DNA from: Polymyxa betae A26-41
Lineage: Eukaryota; Protista; Endomyxa: Phytomyxea
Reading direction: 5' to 3'
NCBI GenBank assembly: GCA_003693705.1
Contig: RBZT01000716.1
Span: 1 to 64,000 of the forward strand
Length of the DNA stretch: 64,000 bases
Below the pieces are notes generated by a model. It worked only from the letters and a program-made list of their open reading frames with translations, searched no databases and was not told where the DNA came from. Positions 12,901 to 24,702 of this stretch are shown one piece after another. Position 1 is the stretch's first letter. The number at the start of each line of letters is the position of its first letter. A program made the position numbers and the translations under genes.

Positions 12901-15900
12901 GGTTTACAATCAAAGATTCTTTCAATCCGATGCAAGAATGCTTTAGTTATTGCAAGGACTGTAGCAAGTTTATGCGCTCCGGAGCTGACAGCGTCAATCC
13001 TCAATGAAGTAGTGCTCCGTTGGGCTCAGGTAAGCGAAGATTCTCCCAAAGTTGCTTTCTGGTGTTGATCGCTTGACCTTATTTGGTGTCAGTTCCATAA
13101 TTCACAATGGCAACAAAAGCAATGGTTTATCGACTCCTTCGAACCATTTTTCCTGGGACTTCCTTTCCATCGGTATACAGCTCTTCAACGTTCTGAATCT
13201 GCTCGACTTATGCTTAGTGTACTGCAATACTTGGATGTAGTATCGCTTGTCTGAAAGGCTGCTCAGGACATGATTAATGTGACCCGAAGTCTAGTTCGCG
13301 ACGATGCTCCTGCGTTGCAATCAATGTTAAACATTTGGCAATGCTTCGCCGGAGGACGTACAGAAGATAGCCGGTTGACAAACGTACATGCTATTGCTGC
13401 TTTTATTCTCGACGAGAACGTTGCTGTAGTTCATGATGACTATATTCGAGCGGCTTCGTTAATTGCCGTCGAGCTTTACCGGCATTCCCCTTTTGCTGTT
13501 CTGGATTGCATTCTTCATCACTTCGAACAACTTGATGGTATTCCCTGGATCTTTTTCTCGTTGAAGCCGGTTAATTTTCTGGATAGTTTCGCTCAAGGCG
13601 CGTACTGATCCGGTTTCTCTGCTGCGAGTTCCAGCCGCTTTGTTATCATCGGTGCTGGGTGCGAGATTTCAGTCGTGTCGGCCCCGGCTCCCGTCTATTC
13701 TTCATCATACTTTCTTGTGGATATCAATTCCAGAATCTCCGTGCATTCGTGTTCTGCAGGACATCTTGCATTATTCAAATGTCGTTCGTTTACCGTCTTC
13801 ATTAAGTTCGCCAGCCTCAATCGAAACCAACTCTACCCTAAGTGGATTGATCCAACCAATTCCTTCGTTTGATAGGGTATCAATGCTATTGATTCCACTT
13901 TAGTGCTCATGATTGTATTTAGGTGATTTTTCAATGGAACGGTGATGATGGCAGGGAATGGGATGTTTCGGACGACTCGAAGATCTTAAGTGTATTCCAG
14001 CGCGTCGCTCGATGCACGTCGGCCATATATGTACGAATTTACGAGGTTTTCTTTTGTTCGGTTCTGGTTGTTATTCTATCCCCGGGCCGGCTTGTCACTT
14101 TTATATACTTATTCTTTTTTCCCATGACTGCCTATTTGTTCAAAGTTGTCTTTTGACTTATGGCTTTACAGGATGCCGATTTTGTAATCCCGATCGAATT
14201 TATTTGTAAAGTCGTGAAACGCTGGGTTGGCCGTGCTTTTGGCGACACTGTTATCAGTGACTGGGCGTCTGCCGCCTTTCACACAGCAATCCACTCTCCT
14301 CGGACTGATCTCACCCTGCTGTCTCTTCGCCTCCTCTCCATTCTATCGATTCCGAACACTCTGCAGAGCTATTTGTCTTTGGGTGGACTCCTCGCATCAG
14401 CAGTATCTAGATTGGAGCACCGCAATCGAACTCATCTCACTTCGCCTTCTACGGATGAATCCATTGTTCTGCAAATTTTGCAGATATGCTCCAGCTTAAT
14501 CAGTTCTCAAGTAGATTTCACGTATGACCAGTTCCGAATATTCGCCTTTTTTGTTTATCAGTCAGCTCTACTGAGTCAAGTCTCTCCTTCAATTGCTGTG
14601 CTCAAATCATCTCTAGCTCTATTACAAACATGCCTCAAACATCCTCAATTTGTGCAAGTTCTACGCTCATTTCCCAAGGACATTTCTGGCTGTGACAGTG
14701 CTCCAGCATTCACCATACGCAAAATGGCCTTCGATTTTGCTAACATTGGGACGTCATTATCTCAGTTCGGATATTATGGGTTACAAGTTACGATTATTGA
14801 TAGTATCATAAGGCATTGCGATGCTGGCGATGTACTGACATTATCGCTGTCATTAACCTTATCCCTTTGGAATATTTCCTGTGATGCAATTATCGACTCT
14901 TTTCCTGGTCGGTACTCTGCTCTCATCGTTTCTTTACTTCCATGGTTACTATTTCAAGCACGTTCTGGATCGAATTTGGTCTTAGCACAGCATTTCAGTT
15001 CGCGAATGGCTTCAACAATTGAAGAATCCGAACGCCGAGAACAATATTTCAAATTTGCTGACGCTTTGCGTATCTACGCTTCTTCCGAAAACGATCAGGT
15101 ATTTTTTCGTTTTTTTTTTGAATAGCTCTTAGTTCAATCTCATCTAAATGCTGCATTCATCACTTACTTCTCTTAGGTCAACGCCGTTGATATAATTGCT
15201 GCCCAGCTGGTCCAGGTTTGTTTTCCGTGTGATGTACAAACATGTTGCAATTCTCTCTTATATATCATTCAAACTGGTTCTGCACAACTTCGAGCAGCTT
15301 CGTTTTATGTTGCCGCCCAGCTTGTCAAAGCATCAAAATCATGTGGCTCTTTTCTCCACGCTTTTAATGATATGATACGCTATGCATCGAATTCGATCTC
15401 TTCTCTGCATTGTGAAGAAATATCTATGTTCCTACAAGAGGCTTCGTCGTCAGCTCGTGAGTGGGCATTGGATAGCACCAGTATCACTGTCAGCAGCTCC
15501 GATGAAGGAGGAAGACCAGGAAGGGCATATATTGCTGATAAACGAACTGCTAGCGCCGGATTGGTGAGCATCTGTCTATTTCTCCCCCTACGTAATTGTC
15601 ATATTCACCGTCTTTCATTTTCTAGGTTTGCCTTTCTGCCGATCCCACCGCCTTCTTTGCAGTTGCTTCTCCATATTCCTCAAAAATTATGCCTGGTTTT
15701 GAATCCAATGAAGGAAAGAGGAATTTAACCCCTATCGAGTCAAAGACACGATTTGAAGCCCGTCGTGGGAGTTTCGTATCAAAGAACATCGTATCTCCTG
15801 GATCTAGAAATCAGGAACCGCAAAGGAAAAATAGCAATGTGATTCCGGTTCCATGTACTCTCGCCAACTTAATCGATACAGCGTAAGGGTTAAATTCCTT

Positions 15901-16301
15901 TATTTGTATGTCGTCGCTGATATCAATACGTTAGGCATTTGGCAGAGCATTTTCGCAAATTCGTTTCTATTAATGGCGACGTTCGTAACTTTGATTTTTA
16001 TCGAGCAGTTACGACCGAGCTATGCAGATTGCTCCCAACGGATCCGCCAACGGGCGATTATATTAAGGCTGTCACATCAATTGTGGATCGGTTTATTCGC
16101 GGTTCCGCTCATTCTCAAATCGACATTGATCCCTATATCAAGAAGGAAATTGTTGAGCAGTTAGAGAACAATCCTGGACCTACTCTATTCCACAAAGCGT
16201 TGCAGGTAGTGAAAACAGAGCTGATGAGTTCCTATACGGCGTTCTGTGACTCCTCCGATTATGATCGATTAGTCAGATCGGGGCAACTGGTCTCTCCATA
16301 A
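6917..16301 (+). CDS. Large Furry/MOR2-PAG1(Tao3)-like alpha-solenoid protein with a C-terminal RGS-homology domain, many exons
   Basis: Continuous chain of plus-strand helical exons. The segment TLLRQLQANIDHW...LDALALAYLGHQQSAVRVAAF resembles the Furry/Tao3 N-terminal region. The last exon HFRKFV...NFDFY...IVDRFI...QIDID...LFHKALQVV...SYTAFCDS is an RGS fold. The start ATG is inferred. Confidence 0.6.
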
Positions 16302-16802
16302 TTATAGCTATACAAGCGTATAAGTTCAGTGTACCGTATTTCAATATGTATATACACCTACCTTATTATTTTGAAATAACTACCTACTTGCAATGTCGCC
16401 TGGAGCCTCTTGGCGGTGCCAATTTTGAAATGTTTAGTTTTGAAACTGAAATTAGTGTTATCATTGATGCTGAGCTTGATTCTCTTGCCAGCAGATGTTA
16501 TCCTTCAAAGAAATTATAATCGGCAGCAGTTATCAAAACGACAGCCGAGTTACGAACCAACTATTACTGGTTACTGAGAACTAGGTGCCTAAAGCCTAAA
16601 GGAAGTCTTGCATTACAGCTCCTGTTGACGGCCGCTGACCTCAGAACTCTAATACAGTGTTGATATGAGATTTGATAGGTGCCTGAAGATCAAGCTGTTG
16701 AATTTCTGATTGCAATTCTGGGAATAGCATTATCAATGCAGATGTCCGATACCGGTGAAATCACTGAAATCGGCCAATTAGCCAACCTAATTGAATGTCT
16801 GG

Positions 16803-17845
16803 ATGCAGGATCGGCTGTACGAGCTGCGACAACAAGCAGCTGGGCAGTCGCCCGCTGTCGCTCTTGAAATGACCACGATAGATCTTAGCCAAGAACGTGG
16901 CGAATTAGACGAAATTGCTCAAACATTCGAAAGAATAGTATCAGCTATCAACAAAATCGAATCGAATACGAACATGATTCGATCTTTAGGCACGAGGTGA
17001 CTAACTTTTTTTCAAATCATGAAAGCATTATCAGCATTCAGAATTGATCCTTGTGATGATTCTGACTCAGATCGACCATGGAGGTGAGAGCTGATGGCCA
17101 ACGTATGATCATGAACGAACTGGAGCGACTCCTAGTTTCTAGTCGGCGTCAGCTCAGGGCGGTTAAACCCGACTTGGATCAAGTTAGTCATGAAATTGAT
17201 GTTCCCGGATCAACTCTGGGACAAGTTCGTCAGAACCTCTTACAAACTCATACGAGACATTTCCAACAGGTTACCAGAAAAAACTCCAATATAAATCTAA
17301 TGTGGTAATAGGCTGTTAATGAGTTCCAAATCGTTAGCGAGGCATTCAGAGAATCGCTTAGACGACGTATTCGGCGACAAGCAGAGATTGTCAAGCCTGA
17401 CATTACAGAGGCAGGTTTTGAATTTGTTCATTTGTTTTAGTAATGCTGACCGTGCTCAAAGGAACAAATCCAGACGCTTATCTTGGAGCCGAATCCAGGG
17501 AAAATATTCCAGCTTGCCGGTGCTGACCCACGAACCATCGACGCCACCATTGATATCGAACTGGATCGAGATGGGATGGCAAAGATCGAGGCTGGCGTCA
17601 TGGAGATTCACGAGCTATTCCAAGATATGGCGATCTTGGTCGCGTCTCAGCAAGAACAGCTCGACGTAATTGAACAGAACGTCTCCGATACAGCCCAATA
17701 TACAGCAGCCGGTGGTCAGAATCTCATTGAGGCTCGCGAATACCAGCGAAGTTCGAGAAAGAAGCAGCTCTGCATTCTGTTGTTCGTCGCTGTCATTGCA
17801 GTCGTCATCATTCTAGTTGTTGTGATGGGATACTTCAGAAGATAA
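16803..17845 (+). CDS. Plasma-membrane-type syntaxin (Qa-SNARE), copy 1 (divergent)
   Basis: N-peptide MQDRLYEL, Habc region, SNARE motif IHELFQDMAILVASQQEQLDVIEQNV, basic RSSRKK and C-terminal TM helix. Confidence 0.9.
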
Positions 17846-17873
17846 TGATGTGATGGGATACTTCAGAAGATAA
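17821..17873 (+). repeat. Direct duplication of 25 bp spanning the syntaxin stop codon
   Basis: tgtgatgggatacttcagaagataa occurs at 17821-17845 and 17849-17873. Confidence 0.95.
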
Positions 17874-18223
17874 AAAGAGAATGAGATGAATGTAACGATA
17901 TTCATGTAACATTACTCTCTTTATGATATTTATAGCCTTCAAACACAGAGTTTGAAGAGATGGTCTCATTGCTGATGGTCTTCTAACAAGTCTGTGCTCA
18001 AATCATCTACAGTCAATCAAACATACATTCATGGCTGATCTGCGTTCAAAAGCAAGAGGTAGTTGCTGCATAACCAAATGACCATGTTTCAAATCCGGTC
18101 GTCTTCAACTGGGCCCTTTCAATTTAAAACTACAACAGAGACCCGAAAAGTTCCGAATTGATTGACCTGAAATCAGCTGGATCTGGTTGACCCGGTTCAG
18201 TTCGGGCAAACTTTACAATCATC

Positions 18224-19366
18224 ATGCTGAACCGCCTCGATGAATTAAAGAGGTCACGTTCTAACAAGACGGAGTCAGCAATCGACCTTGTCCAAATCGA
18301 AGTTGATGATGGCGTAGACGAGGTGATCCAAGCCATCCAGGGCATAATGGCCGGTATTTGTAGATTAGAGACGAATATCGCCACCATCAATGCTTTAAGG
18401 CAAAGGTTTCGTTAACTTTGGCGATTTTGTTTCGGTATTATTGTGCAGCGTGTTTTAAATTTTGTTAATGCATTTAGGTCACGACAAGAGTTCGAAGATG
18501 ATGTCCAGCGTCAGATCATGGAAGATCTAGATAGAACCATGATTGCATTGAAACGGGATGCTCGATTCGTCAAATCGGAACTTGACCGATTGCAGTTAGA
18601 AAACCAAAAATACATAATTGCCAATGAGGGCTCGACCTCTGCCCAGATTAGGAAGAATCTCTTAAACACACACTCCAAGCATTTTCAGCAGGTTGTTGAA
18701 CACTGATTCAAAAAAGTTGCAAGGTCGCTTTGTCAAAGCAACCCTTTCTCTTTAAGCTTGTTGAGTATTTGAATTTATGTGTATGCTGGTTGTTGATGGC
18801 CAAACTTTGTTCAGGTTGTGGAAGATTACCAGGAAGCTGGTAATGCATTCAGAGAGTCTATCAAAGAGCGTATTGCAAGGCAGGCGCGTATCGTCAAAGA
18901 GGATATAATCGATGTTTGTCATATTTAGTCATTGCTGCCTGTCTGATTATATCCCCTAATGGTAACTTCTTAGGAAGAAATAGATGAGTTGATAGCTTCG
19001 AAAAATCCGGGAGCCATCTTTCAGTCTACTGTTCTGCAAATTGATGATCGTATGATTGAGGCAATTCAGGAAATTGAAGATCGCCATAAAGGAATGATGG
19101 CGATCGAGCAAGCTGTCAGGGAGATCCAGGAATTATTTCAAGATATGGCCTGTCTTGTTGATCTGCAGCAAGAAACGTTTGATGTCATTGAGACAAATGT
19201 TCGGGACACGATCAGATACACAAAAGACGCTGAACAGGATATGATCAAGGCTGAGCTGCACGCCAAGAGCTCGCGTCGCAAACAGTGCTGGATCCTGCTG
19301 TTGGTAGCAATCGTCGCCATGGTCATTGTTTGCTCGTTTATACCAAAAATGTCATCTCGTATATAA
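18224..19366 (+). CDS. Syntaxin (Qa-SNARE), copy 2
   Basis: MLNRLDELKR N-peptide; IQELFQDMACLVDLQQETFDVIETNV; C-terminal TM; 4 exons. Confidence 0.92.
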
Positions 19367-19438
19367 ATTCGTATAATCGTTGATTATTGCTGCGAGTTTC
19401 ATGACTTAGTGCGTCATTTACAAGAGCGAGTTTATCAC

Positions 19439-19714
19439 ATGTCATGGCGGCGGCGTCTGATCACACCCAGTAAATGATCGATATTGTGGTTTGACTTTGT
19501 ATGTTAACCATGAGTCATTGCAGTGTTCGTCCTGGCCGGGCCGGTATCGTTCGTTATGGGTTGGATCGTCCATGATTACAGGCAATCAAAACTAGATGAA
19601 GAGGCATTCCTGATGGATCTTCGTAAAAAGGCGAGATCAGTGGCCCTGCATTCATTGCATCATCCAGATGATCCTGCTCTAGATCCATTCGTCTCAATCC
19701 GGGATCAATCGTAG
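19439..19714 (+). CDS. Small single-TM protein (~74 aa), 2 exons
   Basis: MSWRRRLITP + intron 19470-19523 + MFVLAGPVSFVMGWIVHDYRQSKLDEEAF...; the intron phase joins both parts cleanly. Confidence 0.55.
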
Positions 19715-20236
19715 ACCAAGGAAATTGCAGCCCCAGATGCTAGACAAGAGCCCTTAACGATTCTAGTTAACTTATTACAATATGATGGGATTATTGTTGG
19801 GTTAATCCGGCTGCCATGATTTCGAATATTTTTGCTGTGAGAAAACTCGAACTGACGGCCGAACCATTATTTCTAGTACTACCAATCGACCTTATTCCTG
19901 AGACGAGCACGTCTTTCGGCTTTCACCGCTTGACGTCGAGACCTTGTCACGCTTTAACCTTCTGCTGATTTCCTGCGACGTTCTGACGTCGAACACGTTC
20001 GTTTAGAACCATTTTGAAGACAGATTAGGTGAATCAACAGATCTCAGATCTTTCCAAAGTGTTTCGTTACTCGTTGTGTGCCAAAACTGGTCACATTTCT
20101 ATTGCGCACTCTCTTTCAATCCCACTGCGCAGTTTCTTGGTTTTCTGGAGTTTTCTCCCACTTGACCGAGGTTGCTTACCTGGAATTTGCAGGGTCTAAC
20201 TGGCCCATCTCAGCTCGTTCCAGATCGGCAATCATC

Positions 20237-21456
20237 ATGCAGAGCCGGCTGGATGAACTTAAGCTGGCTTCGGCCGAGTCGTCGCCGGCCAATAAAAAGG
20301 AGGCGTCGGTCGAAATGGTCAAGATTGACGTCGATGATAATGTTGACGAGGCAATCGCTGCATTTCAGGGCATCATGACTGGGATCCAAAAAATCGAAAA
20401 AAACATCGAGGTTATCAATGCCCTAAAACAAAGGTTGATGACTCATTTTTTCATCATCACAGTGTTCTTTTTTTCACTTGCCTCTGTTTGCTGTTCTATT
20501 ACCGCGTTTGTATCTCTAAAAGTCTGTAGGTCTCGGCAGGAAGTAAAAGACGATGCTCAACGCAAGATCATGGAAGATCTGGACAGAGCGATGGTGGCAT
20601 CAAAGCGTGATGCTCGATTTGTAAAATCCGAACTCGATCGAATGACGATTGAGAATCAGAAATACATCGCCGCTCATGAGGGCTCAACCTCTGCTCAAAT
20701 GAGGAAGAATCTGCTGAATACACATGCTAGGCATTTCCAGCAAGTTCGTGACAATTTTTCTCAGAAATAATGTTCCATTTTATGCATCGGTGTTCTGCAT
20801 TCGCTCTCTTTTTAAAATTTATCAAACGGATTACTGGCTTTGCTTAGATGGGTTATATCGTTCATGTTGCTAATTGAAAAACGTGAAAATTTCTCAAACG
20901 CTTCTTCTGCTGACCAAAGGGTCTCAGGTTGTTCAAGAATATCAAGAAGCGGGAGATGCGTTCAGAGATTCTCTCAAAGAGCGTATTGCAAGACAAGCTC
21001 GCATCGTAAAAGAAGATATCACTGAGGTCATTGCTGTGATTACACTGCATATTCTATGTCTAATCACTCACTGGTTAGGAACAAATCGAAGAATTAATGG
21101 CATCACCAAATCCTGGTGCTATCTTCCAATCGGCTGTAGTTCAGATGGATGATAGAATGATCGATGCTGTCCAAGAGATCGAAGATCGCCAGAAAGGAAT
21201 GCTGGCCATCGAACAGGGTGTGAAAGAGATCCAAGAACTGTTCCAAGATATGGCCTGTCTTGTCGATTTGCAGCAAGAAACTCTTGATGTCATTGAGAGA
21301 AATGTCCAAGATACTATCAAATACACAAAAGACGCCGAGCAGAATATGATCAAGGCTGAGCAGCATGCGAAGAATTCACGTCGCAAACAGTGCTGGATTC
21401 TCTTGATCGTTGCCTTCGTCGCCATGATCATTGTTCTCTTCATTATACTGAAGTAA
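20237..21456 (+). CDS. Syntaxin (Qa-SNARE), copy 3
   Basis: MQSRLDELKL N-peptide; highly similar to copy 2 with the same intron positions; C-terminal TM. Confidence 0.92.
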
Positions 21457-21677
21457 AGTTTCCCAAACCTAATATTGCAATTGAGGCTCATTTCCCTGCC
21501 AAACCCATCGCGTTCTTTCGATTCTGACATGACTGCGAATTCCAGCAACAAGGCTATTTCTCAAGGCTCCAAAATAGCTTATCTACTTACAGAAAATGAT
21601 GCATAGTTGCAAGCTGATCCAGCTCCTGAGAGTTATCTTTATTGATGTTGATGGATTGCGCTCTTAGGCCGAGTCAA

Positions 21678-22358
21678 TCACAAAGAAGATGAAGCCTGAA
21701 TGGCAATACTTTGAACCCATCTTTGGTGGCTTGCAGGCGTTCCTCGGCAACTGCTTCTCTTCAGGTGTAAATCGGCTCCGGCACGGATCAGGATCTCAGC
21801 GGCACGAGCATCGTTGGTCCAAGCGGCAACGTGCAACGCCGTATGCCCCTGACCATCTTTGGCGTTTATATCTACACCTGCTGTAATCAACGAATCAATT
21901 AGTAGCGGATCACATCGGCAAGCGACAGCCAGATGCAGCATCGGTGTAGAGCATTTAGCACCTCGCCGAATCAGTTCCAAAGCCATCGCCGTCCTGCGTA
22001 GCTGAATGGCGTAGTACAGAGGTGTACGATTAAGACGATCGCATGCCTCCAAATCGTCTGCGATAAATTCCAACAAACCAGTCTGAACCGCACTGTGCAA
22101 AAGAGTTGTGCCCTCGGGGACCTTCAATCGATCAGCCCCGATTAACTCAATGACCGCCTTTCTTTTCGAGCGATCGCCAAAGCGTCGGTTTAGGGCTGCT
22201 AAAGAACTCGTCTCTGATCGTAGCTCGTCAAGTAGATGAACAATCTGTGGTGCCGAGCGAACTAGATTCGGATCGATTTCATAATAATGTAGAACATCAT
22301 CTGCAGCTAGATATGAGATGACCAGATTGAGGACGTCTGGGTTCATGAAGGCGAACAT
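21678..22358 (-). CDS. Ankyrin-repeat protein with an N-terminal F-box-like motif
   Basis: Ankyrin motifs GTTLLHSAV, RTPLYYAI and DINAKDGQGHTALHVAA. The N-terminus MNPDVLNLVISYL resembles an F-box start. Confidence 0.8.
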   Translation of the reverse strand: MFAFMNPDVLNLVISYLAADDVLHYYEIDPNLVRSAPQIVHLLDELRSETSSLAALNRRFGDRSKRKAVIELIGADRLKVPEGTTLLHSAVQTGLLEFIADDLEACDRLNRTPLYYAIQLRRTAMALELIRRGAKCSTPMLHLAVACRCDPLLIDSLITAGVDINAKDGQGHTALHVAAWTNDARAAEILIRAGADLHLKRSSCRGTPASHQRWVQSIAIQASSSL

Positions 22359-22581
22359 TCCTGTTGGACTTGAATCTCGTTGAGGTTCGCCATAATTCCT
22401 CTAGCACATTGTTCTAGAACCACGTCTGGAAATAACTGTGACTGAAGGCGTGGCATAAAAACGCAGTGGTGTTGGGCGAAAGGTTGGCCGGTCGTGCCGC
22501 CCCATGGCCGGTGCAACGCACTTGGCTACCGGAATGAAGCTTCGCTGGCGTGAGTCACAAACGTCATTCTGATTTCAAAAA

Positions 22582-24134
22582 ATGAGATCAGCGGCGATCG
22601 CCGTGATCCTGTCGATGGCTGCAATTGCAGTCGCGGTCGAAGGGTCGTGCCGCGATCTCGGCATTGTCATCGTCAACGATGTGACCATGTGGCGACAGTA
22701 TTCAACCCAGGTTGAAGCCATAACACGAACCTATTTCGACCTGGTCGCTACTATGTTCGCTGATTCGTCGTCGAATGAGCATTGCATTGTTCCCCATCTG
22801 ATCGGTAGATACATTGATTCAAACCCTTATTGTTCTAAAAATCCTTCAGGTCAGGTGACGCTGACAAAAGCATCTTCAGATTCAGTCCGATATCGGACAT
22901 GTGCAGAGACAGGACAATGTCAGGGCGTTGGTGTCATGGACCCGGGAGCGCTTCTCGATGACTTCACCGAGCTCGTCTCTGATGATATCTTAAAGAGGAC
23001 TGGGTTGCGCCCACATCTGGCACTTCTGTTAACAGTGGCTCCATTTCCTGGACTCACTCGTGGCTTATCCAATCAGAATACATTATGCACCGATCAGGCA
23101 AGGGCTGTAATCAGCGTTTCCACTGGCGAGCGACGCCATGACGCCCAGATTATTGCCCATGAAATCGGACACATTCTAGGCATGACACATTCGTCGAATG
23201 GCTCGTCCATTATGGCACCGCAATCGTCAGCACGAAGTGTTCCAACCACGTTCTCGCCGGTTGATATTAAGCAAGTCCACATCGCAGAACCATGCCACAC
23301 TGTCGTCAACGTTGCTGAGGTATTCAAATCGTCTAAAACAGCCCACCTTCGTAACTGAACATGAAGCAGTTTCGGTGCGGTAATGGTATCGTCGACAGCG
23401 GCGAGGAATGCGACCCTGGTTTATCGAGCGATCGTTGCTGCAGTAATACTTGCCAAATTCTACCAGAATGTCGTTGCCCGGAATCAGATCCATGCTGTGA
23501 AGGCGGTCGAATCGTTCCTGCCGGTCAACTCTGCCGCCCTAACCGCGATAACACATGTGATAAGCCCGAGTTCTGCAATGGCGTTGATAGCCGCTGCCCT
23601 CTAGATGAATTCTCTCCAGCTGGGACGCCCTGCGGCGACGACTCCGTTTGCTTCGATGGCGAATGCGTCGCAAACCGCCAACAGCAATGTCGTGCCTCAG
23701 AACTGCAGTTTTCATGCGGAAATCATCACACATGCCGACGACTATACTGCTCAGATAAGGCTAACGACGAGCATTGTCCGACATTCATAGAGAAGCTGGT
23801 CGCTCGCGGCACTCCATGCGGTGCTGGTTTTGTTTGCATTGAAGGAGACTGTGTTGAGTCAGCTGACGCCGATGCTGAGCTGGCAGCGTCAGCTTTGGCC
23901 CGGTTCGAGCAGAGATCATCTTGGCATATAATGGATTGGGGACCATGCGAGTCTGTTCAAGAAGGCGAATGTCGTCAATCTCGTCATGTTTCATGTCAAA
24001 CATCGCAATGCAGTCAGCCATCACCAGCTTCACAAAGGGTGTGTTCGTGTCCAGTTACTTCACGATCGTATTCCGGGACCATCACGATATGGCCCTTGAC
24101 GTTCTTTGTGATGGCAATAGTAATCACGGGATAG
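22582..24134 (+). CDS. ADAM-like M12B metalloprotease: signal peptide, catalytic domain, disintegrin, Cys-rich region, TSP1-like repeat, C-terminal hydrophobic/GPI tail
   Basis: Zinc motif HEIGHILGMTH with Met-turn SIMAP. Intron 23320-23369 joins the two ORFs in frame. CGNGIVDSGEECDPG and CDKPEFCNG are disintegrin motifs; WHIMDWGPC is TSP1-like. Confidence 0.9.
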
Positions 24135-24702
24135 TTGAAAACAGTCGTGAAGGGCCAGAAGACATCAAGGTTCCAAGATGGCGAAACCCGACCATCATCC
24201 AGACGGGAGTTCATTGTCCAATGTCTTGCACGTAGCCTGCTATTGCGGTTACTTACATTCCAGATGCCGGCGTAAAGGCGGCTTGATACCTGCAAAAAAT
24301 CTCAAACTACACCATTTGAATTCAAGATGCCAGTTTAGGGCAAACACTTTCAGCTCCATTACGAAGATTGACGCCAAGGCTAGCGAACGTCACGCCCGGA
24401 ACTGCATCGTTGTTATGGCAATAACAACAAAAGAAGCGATTTTCTCGTATATGCAGTATCGTTTTTTATCGCAGGAGCCATCATTTCAAAATCTGAACAA
24501 CGTTCAATCAGTAAAATAAAGCACTGAGAAGCTGTGTCCGTACGTACAATTGTTCCCGTTGTTGTTCGAATCTGGAAGCGAATCCGCGGGTCACTATAGG
24601 TTACCTTGGTGCAGCCACTCCGCCCTGCATAAAGGGGTTTTATATAGACGATCTCATATTCAATTTCACTTTAATAACAGTACTTAATTGGATTCGATCG
24701 AA

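Noticed and set aside
23320-23369. ADAM apparently split into two ORFs (two genes or a nonsense mutation)
   Set aside because: A 50-nt GT-AG intron joins the ORFs in frame.
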